From Sulfurospirillum sp. (GTDB lineage Bacteria > Campylobacterota > Campylobacteria > Campylobacterales > Sulfurospirillaceae): DNA of 64,000 bases. Location: positions 1 to 64,000 of the forward strand of contig JASFYR010000021.1 in assembly GCA_045047115.1 (NCBI GenBank), in the 5' to 3' direction. Below the pieces are notes generated by a model. The model did not search any database. It saw only the letters and a list, made by a program, of their open reading frames with translations, and was not told the DNA's origin. Shown here piece after piece: positions 1 through 10,433 of the stretch (position 1 is the stretch's first letter; each line of letters begins with the position of its first letter). The position numbers were made by a program, and so were the translations under genes.

Positions 1-428
1 ACTCTTTGTCTCTGACCCCCTGAGAGTTCAGTAACCTTCTTTTTTTCAAACCCTTGAAGACTGACTCGCGCGAGCATATCAGTAACTCTATCATTTATCT
101 CCGACTTGCTGAGTTTTTGTCTTTTGAGTCCAAATGCAACATTTTCTCTCACATTCATCATGGGGAAAAGGGCTAAACTCTGAAATACAATATTTACAGG
201 TCTTTTTTCAGGAGGAATTCCCGACATGGATTCATCTCTAATAAATATCTCTCCTTCACTCTCTTTAATAAAACCCGATATCATTCTAAGAAGTGTTGTT
301 TTACCACAACCTGATGGTCCGAGAATTGAAAAAAAACCACCTTCATCGACATCAAAACTTACATCTTTTACAGCCGTAAACTCTTTAAACTCTTTTGTAA
401 GATTCTTTATCTCCAATATTTTGCCCAT
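1..428 (-). CDS. potA: Polyamine ABC transporter ATP-binding subunit (runs off the window edge)
   Basis: Not in the ORF track. Manual translation from ATG 428 gives MGKILEIKNLTKEF...ILGPSGCGKTTLLRMISGF...KRPVNIVFQSLALFP...LSGGQRQR (Walker A, Q-loop, signature). Lies downstream of a PotD-like gene. Confidence 0.85.
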   Translation of the reverse strand, partial: MGKILEIKNLTKEFKEFTAVKDVSFDVDEGGFFSILGPSGCGKTTLLRMISGFIKESEGEIFIRDESMSGIPPEKRPVNIVFQSLALFPMMNVRENVAFGLKRQKLSKSEINDRVTDMLARVSLQGFEKKKVTELSGGQRQR

Positions 429-478
429 ATGCAACCCCTTTATATAATAAAAAATTCAAAAAAAATTCTTTATTATAT

Positions 479-505
479 GCACTAGAAGCCTGGGGCCTCC
501 AGTGC
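479..505 (-). terminator. Intergenic stem-loop after potD (terminator or mRNA stabiliser)
   Basis: Minus strand GCACUGGAGGCC-CCA-GGCUUCUAGUGC, 12-bp stem with G-U pairs; no clear U-tract. Confidence 0.5.
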
Positions 506-526
506 GTAGTAAAGTTGCTTGTGAAT

Positions 527-1591
527 CTATTGGGCAGCTTTTATTTTGTCAAGTGCTTTAGCTTCAATTGCAGCAAATCCTGCAGGAAGTGCATCATACC
601 ACTTTATATTGTCTATATCTTTTTGCGGATAAGATCTACTGTAATCAGCCTTGATTTTATCACTAAGATATTTTACAGAGTCTTTAGAAGTAGTCATGTA
701 ACTACTTGAATTTGTAACAACTGCAGCATTTTTAGGTTCTAAAATGAAATTTATCCACTTATAAGCAGCTTCTATATTTTTAGATTTAGCTGGAATTGCA
801 AAAGTATCTATCCAGCCAAGTGCTCCGCTTTTTGGACAAACAAAATCTATATTTTTATTTTTTTCATGAACTTGCCAGCCGATAGCATCCCAGCCTGACT
901 CAACCCAAACATCACCACTTCTAACAACAGCTTTTTGAGTATCACCACTTGTCCAGTATGTTTTTACATATTTTTTACTTGCTATAAGTTTAGCAGTAAC
1001 TTTATCTATAAGTTTTTGATATGCGGCTTTGTCACCATACAAAGCAAACGGATTATACCCCATGCCAAAAGCTGCACCTATAAGAATCGGTCTCTTTAGT
1101 CTATAAGAGATATGACCGGCATATTTAGGATTCCAAAGATCAGACCAATCATTTGCTCCAGGAGCCATTTTTTTGTTGATAATCAACCCTGTAGTTCCAT
1201 AGACATGTGGAACAGCATAAACTTTACCATCAACCTTACTAATTCTTTTAGCAGCTGCCACCATTGATGCAGTTATCTGATTTGTATTTACTTTGCTGTA
1301 ATCAATCGCATGGTAAATATGAAATTTTTTCTGTACAAAACTGATTCTATCTACACTTGGCTGTGCCAAATCAAATCCACCGCCTCTTGTAGCTCTAAGT
1401 TTTGCAATCATCTCTTCATTGTTACTGTAAGTTACCTTAACCTTTATGCCCGTCTCTTTTTCAAACTTTTTAACAAGTGCCTTTGGAGCATATCCCTTCC
1501 ATGTTATCAGTCTAAGTGTTCCATTGCCCGCATACAGGCTTCCTGTAAATAAAGCAGCAATTGCAACAGACGATATAGCCAATCTTTTCAT
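527..1591 (-). CDS. potD: Spermidine/putrescine ABC substrate-binding protein (PotD/PotF family)
   Basis: Signal peptide; motifs LITWKGY, FEKETGIKV, SNNEEMIAKL, WIDTFAIP, AYKWINFIL. Confidence 0.8.
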   Translation of the reverse strand: MKRLAISSVAIAALFTGSLYAGNGTLRLITWKGYAPKALVKKFEKETGIKVKVTYSNNEEMIAKLRATRGGGFDLAQPSVDRISFVQKKFHIYHAIDYSKVNTNQITASMVAAAKRISKVDGKVYAVPHVYGTTGLIINKKMAPGANDWSDLWNPKYAGHISYRLKRPILIGAAFGMGYNPFALYGDKAAYQKLIDKVTAKLIASKKYVKTYWTSGDTQKAVVRSGDVWVESGWDAIGWQVHEKNKNIDFVCPKSGALGWIDTFAIPAKSKNIEAAYKWINFILEPKNAAVVTNSSSYMTTSKDSVKYLSDKIKADYSRSYPQKDIDNIKWYDALPAGFAAIEAKALDKIKAAQ

Positions 1592-1676
1592 ACTTTCTCC
1601 TAGTAAAATTTCGAGTTTTTAACTCGTAAGCGAAAATTATATAGCAACAAAATAACAATATGGTTACAAAATTGTT

Positions 1677-3257
1677 CTATATACCCTCATTTAAAAGGAT
1701 GGATGCTTCTTTAATTTTAAAATCAAACATCTCATCACTCCAACCAAATGACTCCTTTAACACAAATGCTACTTTTTTCAAAGATTCTTTTGTTGCATCC
1801 ATGTCTATGAGTCCTAAATTTACACGACGAACTAAAAAGTCAAGTGGACTTTTGACAAACTCGTGCTCTACAGCGTAGTATATCTCAGCTTTTAAAACCG
1901 GATAATTTTTGTGGATTTTCTCAGTTCCGTATCTCTTGATGAAGTCCACAACAACCATTGCATTTGAACCATAAGTTTTCAGCAGGTGCTCACTTGTCTC
2001 AATCTCTAGGTTCAATTTATCTAATTTTTCTTTAATAGTTACTATATCTTGCCTATTTCCAAACAATTTGTAATGTTTTGTACAACAAGTGTGTAAATTT
2101 TTCCTATTTGAAAGCTTTTCTACAAGGTCCACAACATCTTCGGCCATCTTTCTATATGAGGTCCATTTTCCTCCTGTTATACTCACCAAGTTTGATTTTG
2201 ATTTTTCTATATAGTGTTCTCTTACAAGTTCTTTTGTATTATTTGTGTGTTTTAGAGAGACTAAAGGTCTTAAACCTGACCAAGAAGAGAGTATATCGCT
2301 TTTTTCGATATTAATACTAAAATACTTTCTCATATGTCTCAAAAGATACTCTATGTCTTTATCATCAACTTTTGGATGGTCTTGAGGACTTGATTCTTCA
2401 TCTGTTGTACCAACCAAACACTTATCCATCCAAGGAAGCATAAAAAGAACTCTTCCGTCTTCTGTTTTTGGTATCATCAACCCTTCGTTATTTGGCAGAA
2501 ACTTTTTATCCAAAACTATATGTATGCCTGAACTTGCCTCTACTATACCGTGCACATCTTTTTCATCCAATCGCCTAATAACATCGCAAAATACCCCTGT
2601 TGCATTGATAACAAAATCTGTATCTACACTATATACTTCATCCTTAATTTTATCTTTTATCTTGACTCCTGAAATCTTTTCATCTTTATATTCAAAATCT
2701 ACAACTTCATTATAATTCTTAACGACACAGCCTTTTTCTTGTGCACTTTGAACCAGTGTCAAGGCCATTTTGGCATCATTAAATGCACCATCATAGTATC
2801 TGACACCGCCCTTGAGTCCATCCTTTTTTACAGATGGAAAAATTTGCACAATCTCATCTTTGCAGACTATTTGGCTTCTTCCAAGTCTTCTTTTGCCGGA
2901 AATCAAATCATATAGTACAAGTCCCACATAAATATAAGGAATCTCATACCATTTGTATAAAGGGGTAACCAAAGTGATAGGATGTGCAAGATATGGGGCA
3001 TTTTTCAAAAGCCTATATCTCTCTTTTAACCCTTCTTTGACAAGATTGTATTGATTAATATCCAGTTTTTTTACAGCAGCCTCAAGATACCTGACGCCTC
3101 CGTGCACAAGCTTTGTACTTCTACTGCTTGTGCCCTCGGCAAAATCATTTTTTTCTACAAGCAGACATTTAAATCCTCTAAGAGTTGCATCTAGTGCTGC
3201 TCCTGAGCCTGTAGCTCCACCGCCAATGATAACAATATCAAATTTTTTATTATTCAT
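1677..3257 (-). CDS. glpD: FAD-dependent glycerol-3-phosphate dehydrogenase
   Basis: IIGGGATG, DFAEGTSSRSTKLVHGGVRYLE, VGTTD, WSGLRPL, GGKWTSYRKMAED. Confidence 0.93.
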   Translation of the reverse strand: MNNKKFDIVIIGGGATGSGAALDATLRGFKCLLVEKNDFAEGTSSRSTKLVHGGVRYLEAAVKKLDINQYNLVKEGLKERYRLLKNAPYLAHPITLVTPLYKWYEIPYIYVGLVLYDLISGKRRLGRSQIVCKDEIVQIFPSVKKDGLKGGVRYYDGAFNDAKMALTLVQSAQEKGCVVKNYNEVVDFEYKDEKISGVKIKDKIKDEVYSVDTDFVINATGVFCDVIRRLDEKDVHGIVEASSGIHIVLDKKFLPNNEGLMIPKTEDGRVLFMLPWMDKCLVGTTDEESSPQDHPKVDDKDIEYLLRHMRKYFSINIEKSDILSSWSGLRPLVSLKHTNNTKELVREHYIEKSKSNLVSITGGKWTSYRKMAEDVVDLVEKLSNRKNLHTCCTKHYKLFGNRQDIVTIKEKLDKLNLEIETSEHLLKTYGSNAMVVVDFIKRYGTEKIHKNYPVLKAEIYYAVEHEFVKSPLDFLVRRVNLGLIDMDATKESLKKVAFVLKESFGWSDEMFDFKIKEASILLNEGI

Positions 3258-3669
3258 TGTTTTTTATCCCCAATGCATTTAGATAACTCTCACTACAATC
3301 TACAGGCTTTTTCTTGCCGTCACTACCCACTGAAACATAAGTAATATCTGCACTTGTTACATGCACACATCTTCTTGCCCCCTCATAGAGTCTCTCTGCA
3401 TTTACTTCAACAGAGACTTTTATCGAGGTAACTCCTACATTTATAATTTTTGCATAAAAACTAACCACATCTCCGACATATATAGGTTCTCTAAACTCCA
3501 AAGAGTTAACCTTTACAGTCACCACGCTCTCTATAGGTAAATCTCTTGTAGCAAGTGCCCCTGCTATATCTATATTGGACATAATCCATCCGCCAAAAAT
3601 ATTTCCAGCCGGATTTGTATCTTTTGGCATAGCTACTATCTTTATACGCGGTTCGCCCATATCTTTCAT
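3250..3669 (-). CDS. Hotdog-fold acyl-CoA thioesterase (YciA-like)
   Basis: AMPKDTNPAGNIFGGWIMSNIDIAG motif; overlaps the glpD start. Confidence 0.88.
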   Translation of the reverse strand: MKDMGEPRIKIVAMPKDTNPAGNIFGGWIMSNIDIAGALATRDLPIESVVTVKVNSLEFREPIYVGDVVSFYAKIINVGVTSIKVSVEVNAERLYEGARRCVHVTSADITYVSVGSDGKKKPVDCSESYLNALGIKNNE

Positions 3670-3674
3670 TTAAC

Positions 3675-3779
3675 TGTCCCCTTTTTCAGGAGCAAAACTC
3701 CTAAAAAATTCCTCGCGACTGAAGCTTTGGCTGTCGCCAAGAAATTTACTCTCACTAAAGCACAAGCTTTCGCTCTGTA
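3675..3779. repeat. Dispersed structured intergenic repeat, copy 1
   Basis: Shares AAAAATTCCTCGCG (14/14) and CTAAAGCACnAGCTnTCGCTCTGTA (23/25) with 42687-42754, plus a covarying 5-bp hairpin. Confidence 0.8.
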
Positions 3780-3813
3780 TTGGTTTCACTCTATTATTGC
3801 CCCTCTATAATTT

Positions 3814-4056
3814 CTATTTAACCACATCTATCAGCTTAAAATAGACCATAAAAAATTCACAAAAAATTCTCCAGCATAACTCACACATCAAAAATGCTAT
3901 TAGCATATAAAATTTCAGTTTTGGACTTTCTATTTTTATATTATATTTTTTGGAGAGGAAGATTAACACAAAAGGTATTATAACAGCCCCAAAAAAATAG
4001 ACAAAACCTATCACATAAGGAGTTATTAAAAAATCAAACTTAAAAAAGCTTATCAT
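3814..4056 (-). CDS. Small membrane protein (DUF4282-like)
   Basis: [10 protein letters not shown] start, two hydrophobic segments, [12 protein letters not shown] end; ATGA overlap with the glpK stop. Confidence 0.65.
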   Translation of the reverse strand: MISFFKFDFLITPYVIGFVYFFGAVIIPFVLIFLSKKYNIKIESPKLKFYMLIAFLMCELCWRIFCEFFMVYFKLIDVVK

Positions 4057-5561
4057 TTTTGCCTCCTCGAGAGGGTTCTGCTCACCGCATCTTTCCAGCC
4101 TCTATAGAGTTTATCTCTTGTATAATCATCCATATTTGGCTCAAATCTCCTCTGTAATGCCCAGTTTTTTGCAAACTCCTCTTGTTTTGGATAGAAATTT
4201 TTAAACATTCCCGCCAACCAGGCAACCCCTAGAGCTGTAGTTTCCAGTATCTTTGGTCTATCCACTTTGACGCCTAAGATATCAGATAAAAACTCTATGG
4301 TCCAATCAGATGCTGACATACCGCCATCTACTCTTAAAATAGGATTTTTTTCAGACAAATTACTATGCGTTGTCAAATCCGAATACATGGCTTCTAGCAA
4401 ATCTTTGGTTTGATAACCCACACTTTGCAAAGCTGCTTTTGAAAACTCGGCAGGTCCGGAGTTTCTGGTTAATCCAAATATAGCACCTCTGCAATCAGCA
4501 TCCCAATAAGGTGCTCCCATACCGGTAAATGCAGGAACTATATAGAGATTTTGCTCTTTATCTGCTTTTTTTGCAAGCTCTTGAGCTTCACTTGCTTTCT
4601 TTATGATGCCTGGTCCATCTCTTAGCCACTGAACAACTGCCCCGGCTACAAAGATAGAACCCTCTAGCGCATAAGTTGTTTTACCCTCAAGTTGGTAGGC
4701 TATAGTTGTAAGCAACCTATTGTTTGATAAAACCATATCAAAGCCCGTATTTAGAAGGGCAAAGCATCCTGTGCCATAAGTAGATTTTAACATGCCAGGC
4801 TCAAAACAAGCCTGACCGATAGTCGCAGCCTGCTGATCCCCTGCAACTCCACATATCTGTAGTTCTTCTCCAAAAAGATCCTTTGAGGTATATCCAAAAT
4901 CATCAGCACAGTTTTTTACTTCCGGCAACATAGACATGGGAATTTCCAATAAGGAGCAAATCTCTTCATCCCACCCACCTGTTTTTATATTATAAAGCAT
5001 AGTCCTTGCCGCATTTGTTGCATCACAAAAATGACTTTTACCGCCTGTTAATTTCCATATCAGATATGAATCAATTGTTCCGAAAAGCAATTCACCCCTA
5101 TCTGCTCTCTGTTTTGCATCATCTACATTTTCAAGTATCCACTTAAGTTTTGTTCCACTAAAATAAGGATCTAACAAAAGACCTGTTTTTCCTTTTACTA
5201 GATTCTCATATCCCTGATCTTTTAAAATATTACAATAAGCCGATGTTCTTCTGTCTTGCCATACAATGGCATTATAGATAGTTTTACCTGTTTTTTTATC
5301 CCACACAAGAGTAGTCTCTCTTTGGTTTGTTATTCCAATGGAAATGATATCTTTCATACTTATAGAAGCTTTTTCTATCACATCTCTGCATGTAGAGATA
5401 ACTGTATCATAAATATCCTCAGGATCATGCTCTACCCACCCGGAGAATGGAAAGTGTTGAGAAAACTCTTTTTGAGAAACAGCCACTATCTCCATCTTTT
5501 GGTCAAAGAGTATAGCTCTACTTGAAGTAGTGCCCTGATCTATCGCCAAAACGCATTTCAT
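4053..5561 (-). CDS. glpK: Glycerol kinase
   Basis: [59 protein letters not shown]. Confidence 0.96.
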   Translation of the reverse strand: MKCVLAIDQGTTSSRAILFDQKMEIVAVSQKEFSQHFPFSGWVEHDPEDIYDTVISTCRDVIEKASISMKDIISIGITNQRETTLVWDKKTGKTIYNAIVWQDRRTSAYCNILKDQGYENLVKGKTGLLLDPYFSGTKLKWILENVDDAKQRADRGELLFGTIDSYLIWKLTGGKSHFCDATNAARTMLYNIKTGGWDEEICSLLEIPMSMLPEVKNCADDFGYTSKDLFGEELQICGVAGDQQAATIGQACFEPGMLKSTYGTGCFALLNTGFDMVLSNNRLLTTIAYQLEGKTTYALEGSIFVAGAVVQWLRDGPGIIKKASEAQELAKKADKEQNLYIVPAFTGMGAPYWDADCRGAIFGLTRNSGPAEFSKAALQSVGYQTKDLLEAMYSDLTTHSNLSEKNPILRVDGGMSASDWTIEFLSDILGVKVDRPKILETTALGVAWLAGMFKNFYPKQEEFAKNWALQRRFEPNMDDYTRDKLYRGWKDAVSRTLSRRQK

Positions 5562-5579
5562 TTGTCTCCTCCTTTGAGA

Positions 5580-5605
5580 ACAAAGGCGAATATATCCGCC
5601 TTTGT
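5580..5605. terminator. Stem-loop between glpV and glpK
   Basis: ACAAAGGCG-AATATATC-CGCCTTTGT, perfect 9-bp stem. Confidence 0.55.
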
Positions 5606-5618
5606 ATGTTTCTATAGT

Positions 5619-7328
5619 CTATTTAGACCAGGATTTGATTAGTTCATCATAAGGAATTGTAATCGGTTTTGGTTTTTCGTTAGCAAGTTTTGGTTTTGGA
5701 GCACCCGGTTGTGCCAACCAATATGCTGCACCTTTTGCTTTACCAATTCTAGGACCGATATCTCCTTGAACACCAGAGCGCTCTATCCTTTTCATGACTT
5801 TTTCCTGGGCTTTGCATAGTGAGTCCAAAGCTTGTTGCGGAGTTTTTGCACCACTTGATGCATCTCCGATATTTTGCCACCATAGTGGAGCCAGTTTTGG
5901 ATAATCAGGAACATTTACACCTGTTGGAGTCCATGCAACTCTCGCGGGTGAGCGATAAAACTCTATCAAACCACCAAGTTTTGGAGCTCTTTTTGTAAAT
6001 GATTTGTCATATATTGTTGATTTTCTTATAAAAGTTAATCCAACTTGAGATTTTTTGACATCTACTGTTTTTGAAGTTACAAACTGAGCATATAACCAAG
6101 CTGCTTTTGCTCTTTTTAAAGGAGTTGATTTGAGTATAGTCCAAGATCCACAATCTTGATAACCAACTTTCATGCCTTTTTTCCAGTAAGCACCATGAGG
6201 TGATGGAGCCATTCTCCATTTTGGAGTTCCATCAGCATTAACTACAGGAAGTCCTTTTTTAACCATATCTGCTGTGAAAGCTGTATACCAAAACATCTGC
6301 TGTGCTATTTGGCCCTGAGCGGGAACAGGTCCGGCTTCAGAAAAAACCATACCGGCAGCTGACGGTGGTGAGTATTTATGTAGCCAATCGATATACTTTT
6401 TAACAGCATATACTGCAGCAGGAGAGTTGGTAGCCCCGCCTCTTGCCATACAAGAACCAACAGGTTGAAACTTTTTATTTACTCTAATTCCCCATTCATC
6501 AACAGGCAATCCATTTGGCTCCCCCGGATCTCCCATGCCTGCCATTGACATCCAGGCATCTGTAAATCTCCAACCAAGAGACGGATCTTTTTTTCCATAA
6601 TCCATATTTCCATATACTTTTTTACCGTCAATCACACGACCTGTAAAAAATTTAGCTATATCTTCATATGCTGACCAATTGACCGGAACACCCAAATCAT
6701 ACCCATACTCTTTTTTAAATTCCGCCATAATTTTTGGATCAGTAAACCAGTCTTGTCTAAACCAATACAGATTTGCAAATTGTTGGTCAGGCAATTGATA
6801 TATCTTGCCATCAGGTCCGGTTGTAAATGAGATGCCTACAAAGTCTTTGATATCAAGATTTGGATTTGTAACACTTTTACCATCGCCTTTCATCCAATCA
6901 GTAAGATTTCTTACTTCTTTGTACCTCCAGTGCGTACCTATAAGATCTGAGTCATTTACATATGCATCATAGATATTTCTTCCGGTTTGCATCTGGGTTT
7001 GAAGTTTTTCGATTACATCACCCTCACCGATATAGTCATGTATAACCTTTATACCTGTAATATCATAAAATGCTTTTGTGAGAACTTTACTCTCATAAAT
7101 ATGCGTTGTCAAGGTTTCTGAAACGACTCTTATGGTCATACCTTTATAAGGCTTGGCAGCATTCTTAAACCACTCTAGCTCTTTTCTCTGCTCATCCTTG
7201 CTCAAAGAAGATGGTTGAAACTCTCCAATCCACTTCCCAATCATGTCTGTTGCTCCAAAAGCTGCAGAACTCATTCCCACCAGCATTGCAATTGCAAACA
7301 TACCGGTTTTAACTCTGAAATTCATCAT
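5619..7328 (-). CDS. glpV: Glycerol ABC transporter substrate-binding protein (GlpV-like)
   Basis: Signal peptide; 569 aa; EFQPSSLS, NDSDLIGTHWRY, QLPDQQFANLYWFR, NVPDYPKLAPLWWQNIG; upstream of glpK. Confidence 0.85.
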   Translation of the reverse strand: MMNFRVKTGMFAIAMLVGMSSAAFGATDMIGKWIGEFQPSSLSKDEQRKELEWFKNAAKPYKGMTIRVVSETLTTHIYESKVLTKAFYDITGIKVIHDYIGEGDVIEKLQTQMQTGRNIYDAYVNDSDLIGTHWRYKEVRNLTDWMKGDGKSVTNPNLDIKDFVGISFTTGPDGKIYQLPDQQFANLYWFRQDWFTDPKIMAEFKKEYGYDLGVPVNWSAYEDIAKFFTGRVIDGKKVYGNMDYGKKDPSLGWRFTDAWMSMAGMGDPGEPNGLPVDEWGIRVNKKFQPVGSCMARGGATNSPAAVYAVKKYIDWLHKYSPPSAAGMVFSEAGPVPAQGQIAQQMFWYTAFTADMVKKGLPVVNADGTPKWRMAPSPHGAYWKKGMKVGYQDCGSWTILKSTPLKRAKAAWLYAQFVTSKTVDVKKSQVGLTFIRKSTIYDKSFTKRAPKLGGLIEFYRSPARVAWTPTGVNVPDYPKLAPLWWQNIGDASSGAKTPQQALDSLCKAQEKVMKRIERSGVQGDIGPRIGKAKGAAYWLAQPGAPKPKLANEKPKPITIPYDELIKSWSK

Positions 7329-7377
7329 AAGACCTCCTTTTTATTATGCTTCAAACGCATAACTCTCAGATTAAATT

Positions 7378-7656
7378 TTACACCCAGTGAAATACTGCCA
7401 GAGCATAAAAAAAACAGACTACCAATCCACCATAAATTGGGGCTCCAAAAAATCCCAGCCAAGCGATGCAGATAAACGCTGAACCCAAAAGACTGAGAAA
7501 CAATCTGTCCCCTCTCGTTGTTTCAATTTTTAAGATACCAACCCTTGGTATCTCTGGCCTCTTTATAGCCCAAATTGTCATAATAACTAGTATGATAAAT
7601 ATAGATATAAAAAATATCGCTGTCTCTTTTGTCCAGGCCATCCAAGATAAATCCAT
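7378..7656 (-). CDS. glpU: Small membrane subunit DUF2160 (GlpU-like)
   Basis: MDLSWMAWT and TTRGDRLFLSLLGSAFI motifs; AGGAGG upstream of ATG 7656. Confidence 0.82.
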   Translation of the reverse strand: MDLSWMAWTKETAIFFISIFIILVIMTIWAIKRPEIPRVGILKIETTRGDRLFLSLLGSAFICIAWLGFFGAPIYGGLVVCFFYALAVFHWV

Positions 7657-7666
7657 ACCATACCTC

Positions 7667-8476
7667 CTAAACTCTACCCAGGGCAAAACCCTTGGCGATG
7701 TGATTTCTCACAAAGTATATAACCAAAATTCCAGGCACTATCGTCAAGATACCGGCAGCCGCCAGCACTCCCCAATCAATTCCCGTAGCTGAGACTGTTC
7801 TTGTCATCGTAGCACCGATTGATTTTGCATTTACAGATGTTAAAGTCCTGCTTAAAAGCAGCTCTACCCAAGAAAACATAAAACAAAAAAACGCTGTAAC
7901 TCCGATACCAGAAGCAATAAGAGGCATAAATATCTTTCTGAAAAATTTAAAAAAGCTGTAGCCGTCTATATAGGCAGTTTCATCTATCTCTTTTGGCACA
8001 CCTCTCATAAAACCCTCCAGTATCCAAACAGACAGAGGAACATTGAAGAGTGTGTGGGCAAGAGCTACCGCCCAATAAGTATCAAACAGTCCAATGCTAG
8101 AGTATAGTTGAAAAAACGGTAAAGCAAAAACAGCAGGCGGTGCCATCCTGTTTGTCAAAAGCCAAAAAAACAGATGCTTATCTCCCATAAAAGTATAACG
8201 GCTAAAAGCATATGCCGCCGGAAGTGCAACTGCCAAAGATATAATCACATTTATCATAACATAGGACATAGAGTTTATATACCCCATATACCAACCCGGA
8301 TCTGTAAATATAGTAGCATAATTGTGAAAAGTAAACTTGCTTGGAAACATAGAAAAAGTTCCCAAAATCTCCACATTTGTCTTGAAACTCATATTTAAAA
8401 GCCAATATATAGGCAACATCAAAAAAACTATATAAACAAACATTACAATGGGTGATTTATAAGATTTTTTGCTCAT
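7667..8476 (-). CDS. Carbohydrate ABC permease (GlpQ-like)
   Basis: Six-TM pattern, EAA loop EIDETAYIDG, FFWLLTNRMAPPAVF. Confidence 0.85.
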   Translation of the reverse strand: MSKKSYKSPIVMFVYIVFLMLPIYWLLNMSFKTNVEILGTFSMFPSKFTFHNYATIFTDPGWYMGYINSMSYVMINVIISLAVALPAAYAFSRYTFMGDKHLFFWLLTNRMAPPAVFALPFFQLYSSIGLFDTYWAVALAHTLFNVPLSVWILEGFMRGVPKEIDETAYIDGYSFFKFFRKIFMPLIASGIGVTAFFCFMFSWVELLLSRTLTSVNAKSIGATMTRTVSATGIDWGVLAAAGILTIVPGILVIYFVRNHIAKGFALGRV

Positions 8477-9348
8477 TATACGGCTCCTTTTTTATCGATG
8501 CTCGTCATAACGGTAAAAAATACCCAGGAGACAAGCAAAACTACCAAAAAGTACATCAATGAATAAGCTGATGCAGGACCCAAATCAAACTGCCCCAAAG
8601 CCATATTTACCAAATCAATAGATAAAAATGTTGTAGAGTTTCCGGGACCACCGCCTGTAAGCACAAACGGTTCTGAATAGATCATAAAACTATCCATAAA
8701 CCTCAGCAAAACAGCAATCAATAAAACCCCGCTCATTTTTGGTAATTCTATATATCTAAAAACACTCCATCTTGATGCCTGATCGATTTTAGCAGCCTGA
8801 TAGTAGGCATCAGGTATTGACTGAAGCCCGGCGTAACAAAGCAGAACTATAAGTGAAGTCCAGTGCCAAACATCCATAACCACGATAGTAATCCAAGCCG
8901 AAAGCACATCTTGTGCATAGTTATACTCTATACCCAAACTAGCTAGTGTATGCCCCAAAAGCCCTATATCTTTTCTTCCAAAAATCTGCCAAATAGTGCC
9001 GACGACATTCCACGGTATGAGCAACGGCAAGGATATAACAACCAAACAAAAAGAGGCCCAAAAACCTTTTTTTGGCATATTTAAAGCTATAAAAATTCCC
9101 AATGGAACTTCTAGCAACAAAATTATACTTGTCAGCATAGCCTGTCTGCCCAAGGATTCGTGCATTCTTTGAGAATGTATAATCTCATCAAACCAGTCAA
9201 GTCCTACCCAAGAAAATATATTGTTCCCGAAAGTATCCTGCACAGAATAATTAATCACTGTCATCAAAGGTATAACAGCAGAAAAAGCAACCAATAAAAA
9301 AACCGGTAGCACAAGAAACCACGCCTTTTGATTTACAGTTTTATTCAC
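8476..9348 (-). CDS. Carbohydrate ABC permease (GlpP-like)
   Basis: GTG start at 9348 after AGGAG; NQKAWFLVLPV, DVWHWT, YYQAAKIDQAS, LRFMDSF. Confidence 0.85.
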   Translation of the reverse strand: MNKTVNQKAWFLVLPVFLLVAFSAVIPLMTVINYSVQDTFGNNIFSWVGLDWFDEIIHSQRMHESLGRQAMLTSIILLLEVPLGIFIALNMPKKGFWASFCLVVISLPLLIPWNVVGTIWQIFGRKDIGLLGHTLASLGIEYNYAQDVLSAWITIVVMDVWHWTSLIVLLCYAGLQSIPDAYYQAAKIDQASRWSVFRYIELPKMSGVLLIAVLLRFMDSFMIYSEPFVLTGGGPGNSTTFLSIDLVNMALGQFDLGPASAYSLMYFLVVLLVSWVFFTVMTSIDKKGAV

Positions 9349-10429
9349 CTTTCTCCTCCTTAGCATTGACCAACCAGCCATCTTCATAGATGAAAATATG
9401 ATTTAGATCAAACGATACATATTTCATCTCTTCTGTAACTTTTATATCTTCTTGAACGATTATGTCTATGTGTATATTTTTGTATTTGGCTCTGATAATT
9501 TTATGATAACCAATATCTTCAACACGGGTTATCTCTATCCCTATATCACCACTTTTATCACTAAGCGTTATAAACTCCGGCCTTATACCAAGTTCAGTTT
9601 TCCCTGTAAGTTTCTTATATGTTGAGTTCAACTTCAGTCTAACATCACCTAGAGTCGCTACATCGCCCATAACATCCACATCAAATATATTCATACCGGG
9701 TGAGCCTATAAAGTAGCCTACAAAAGTATGTGCCGGTTTTTCAAATAATTCTTGCGGTGTTCCGACTTGAACAACAATACCATCATTCATAACAACAACC
9801 TTATCGGCAAATGTCAGTGCTTCCGTTTGATCATGTGTTACAAAAATCATCGTATGTGAAAACTCTTCATGCAAGGCTTTGAGCTGAGTTCTTAACTCCC
9901 ACTTCACATGAGGATCGATCACGGTAAGTGGCTCGTCTAGCAAGATGGCATTTACATCTTCACGAACCATCCCTCTGCCTAAACTTATCTTCTGTTTTGC
10001 ATCTGCACTCAAACCACTTGCTTTGATATCCAGCATCTCTTCCATATCTATCGATTTTGCTATACTCTCTACTCTTTGTTTTATGTATTTAGGATCTGCT
10101 CCGCGATTACGCAAAGGAAATGCCAGATTTTTTCTTACACTCATAGTGTCATATACTACAGGAAACTGAAAAACCTGCGCTATGTTTCTCTCCACAGTAT
10201 CTGCTTGAGTAACATCTTTGTCATCAAAAAATATTTGCCCCTCTGAGGGTATCAGAATCCCCGAAATTATATTTAAAAGTGTTGATTTTCCACAACCCGA
10301 AGGCCCAAGCAAAGCATAAGCACCTCCATCTTCAAACTCTAAATTTATCTTTTTTAGAGCATAATCACCTTCTGACTTTGGATGAGGCAAGTAAGAGTGT
10401 GCTAAATTTTTAAATATTATCTTTGCCAT
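9341..10429 (-). CDS. ABC ATP-binding subunit (rhizobial GlpT-like)
   Basis: GPSGCGKST, AQVFQFPVVYD, degenerate signature LSADAKQ, LDEPLTVIDP. Confidence 0.85.
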   Translation of the reverse strand: MAKIIFKNLAHSYLPHPKSEGDYALKKINLEFEDGGAYALLGPSGCGKSTLLNIISGILIPSEGQIFFDDKDVTQADTVERNIAQVFQFPVVYDTMSVRKNLAFPLRNRGADPKYIKQRVESIAKSIDMEEMLDIKASGLSADAKQKISLGRGMVREDVNAILLDEPLTVIDPHVKWELRTQLKALHEEFSHTMIFVTHDQTEALTFADKVVVMNDGIVVQVGTPQELFEKPAHTFVGYFIGSPGMNIFDVDVMGDVATLGDVRLKLNSTYKKLTGKTELGIRPEFITLSDKSGDIGIEITRVEDIGYHKIIRAKYKNIHIDIIVQEDIKVTEEMKYVSFDLNHIFIYEDGWLVNAKEEKGE

Positions 10430-10433
10430 ATTA

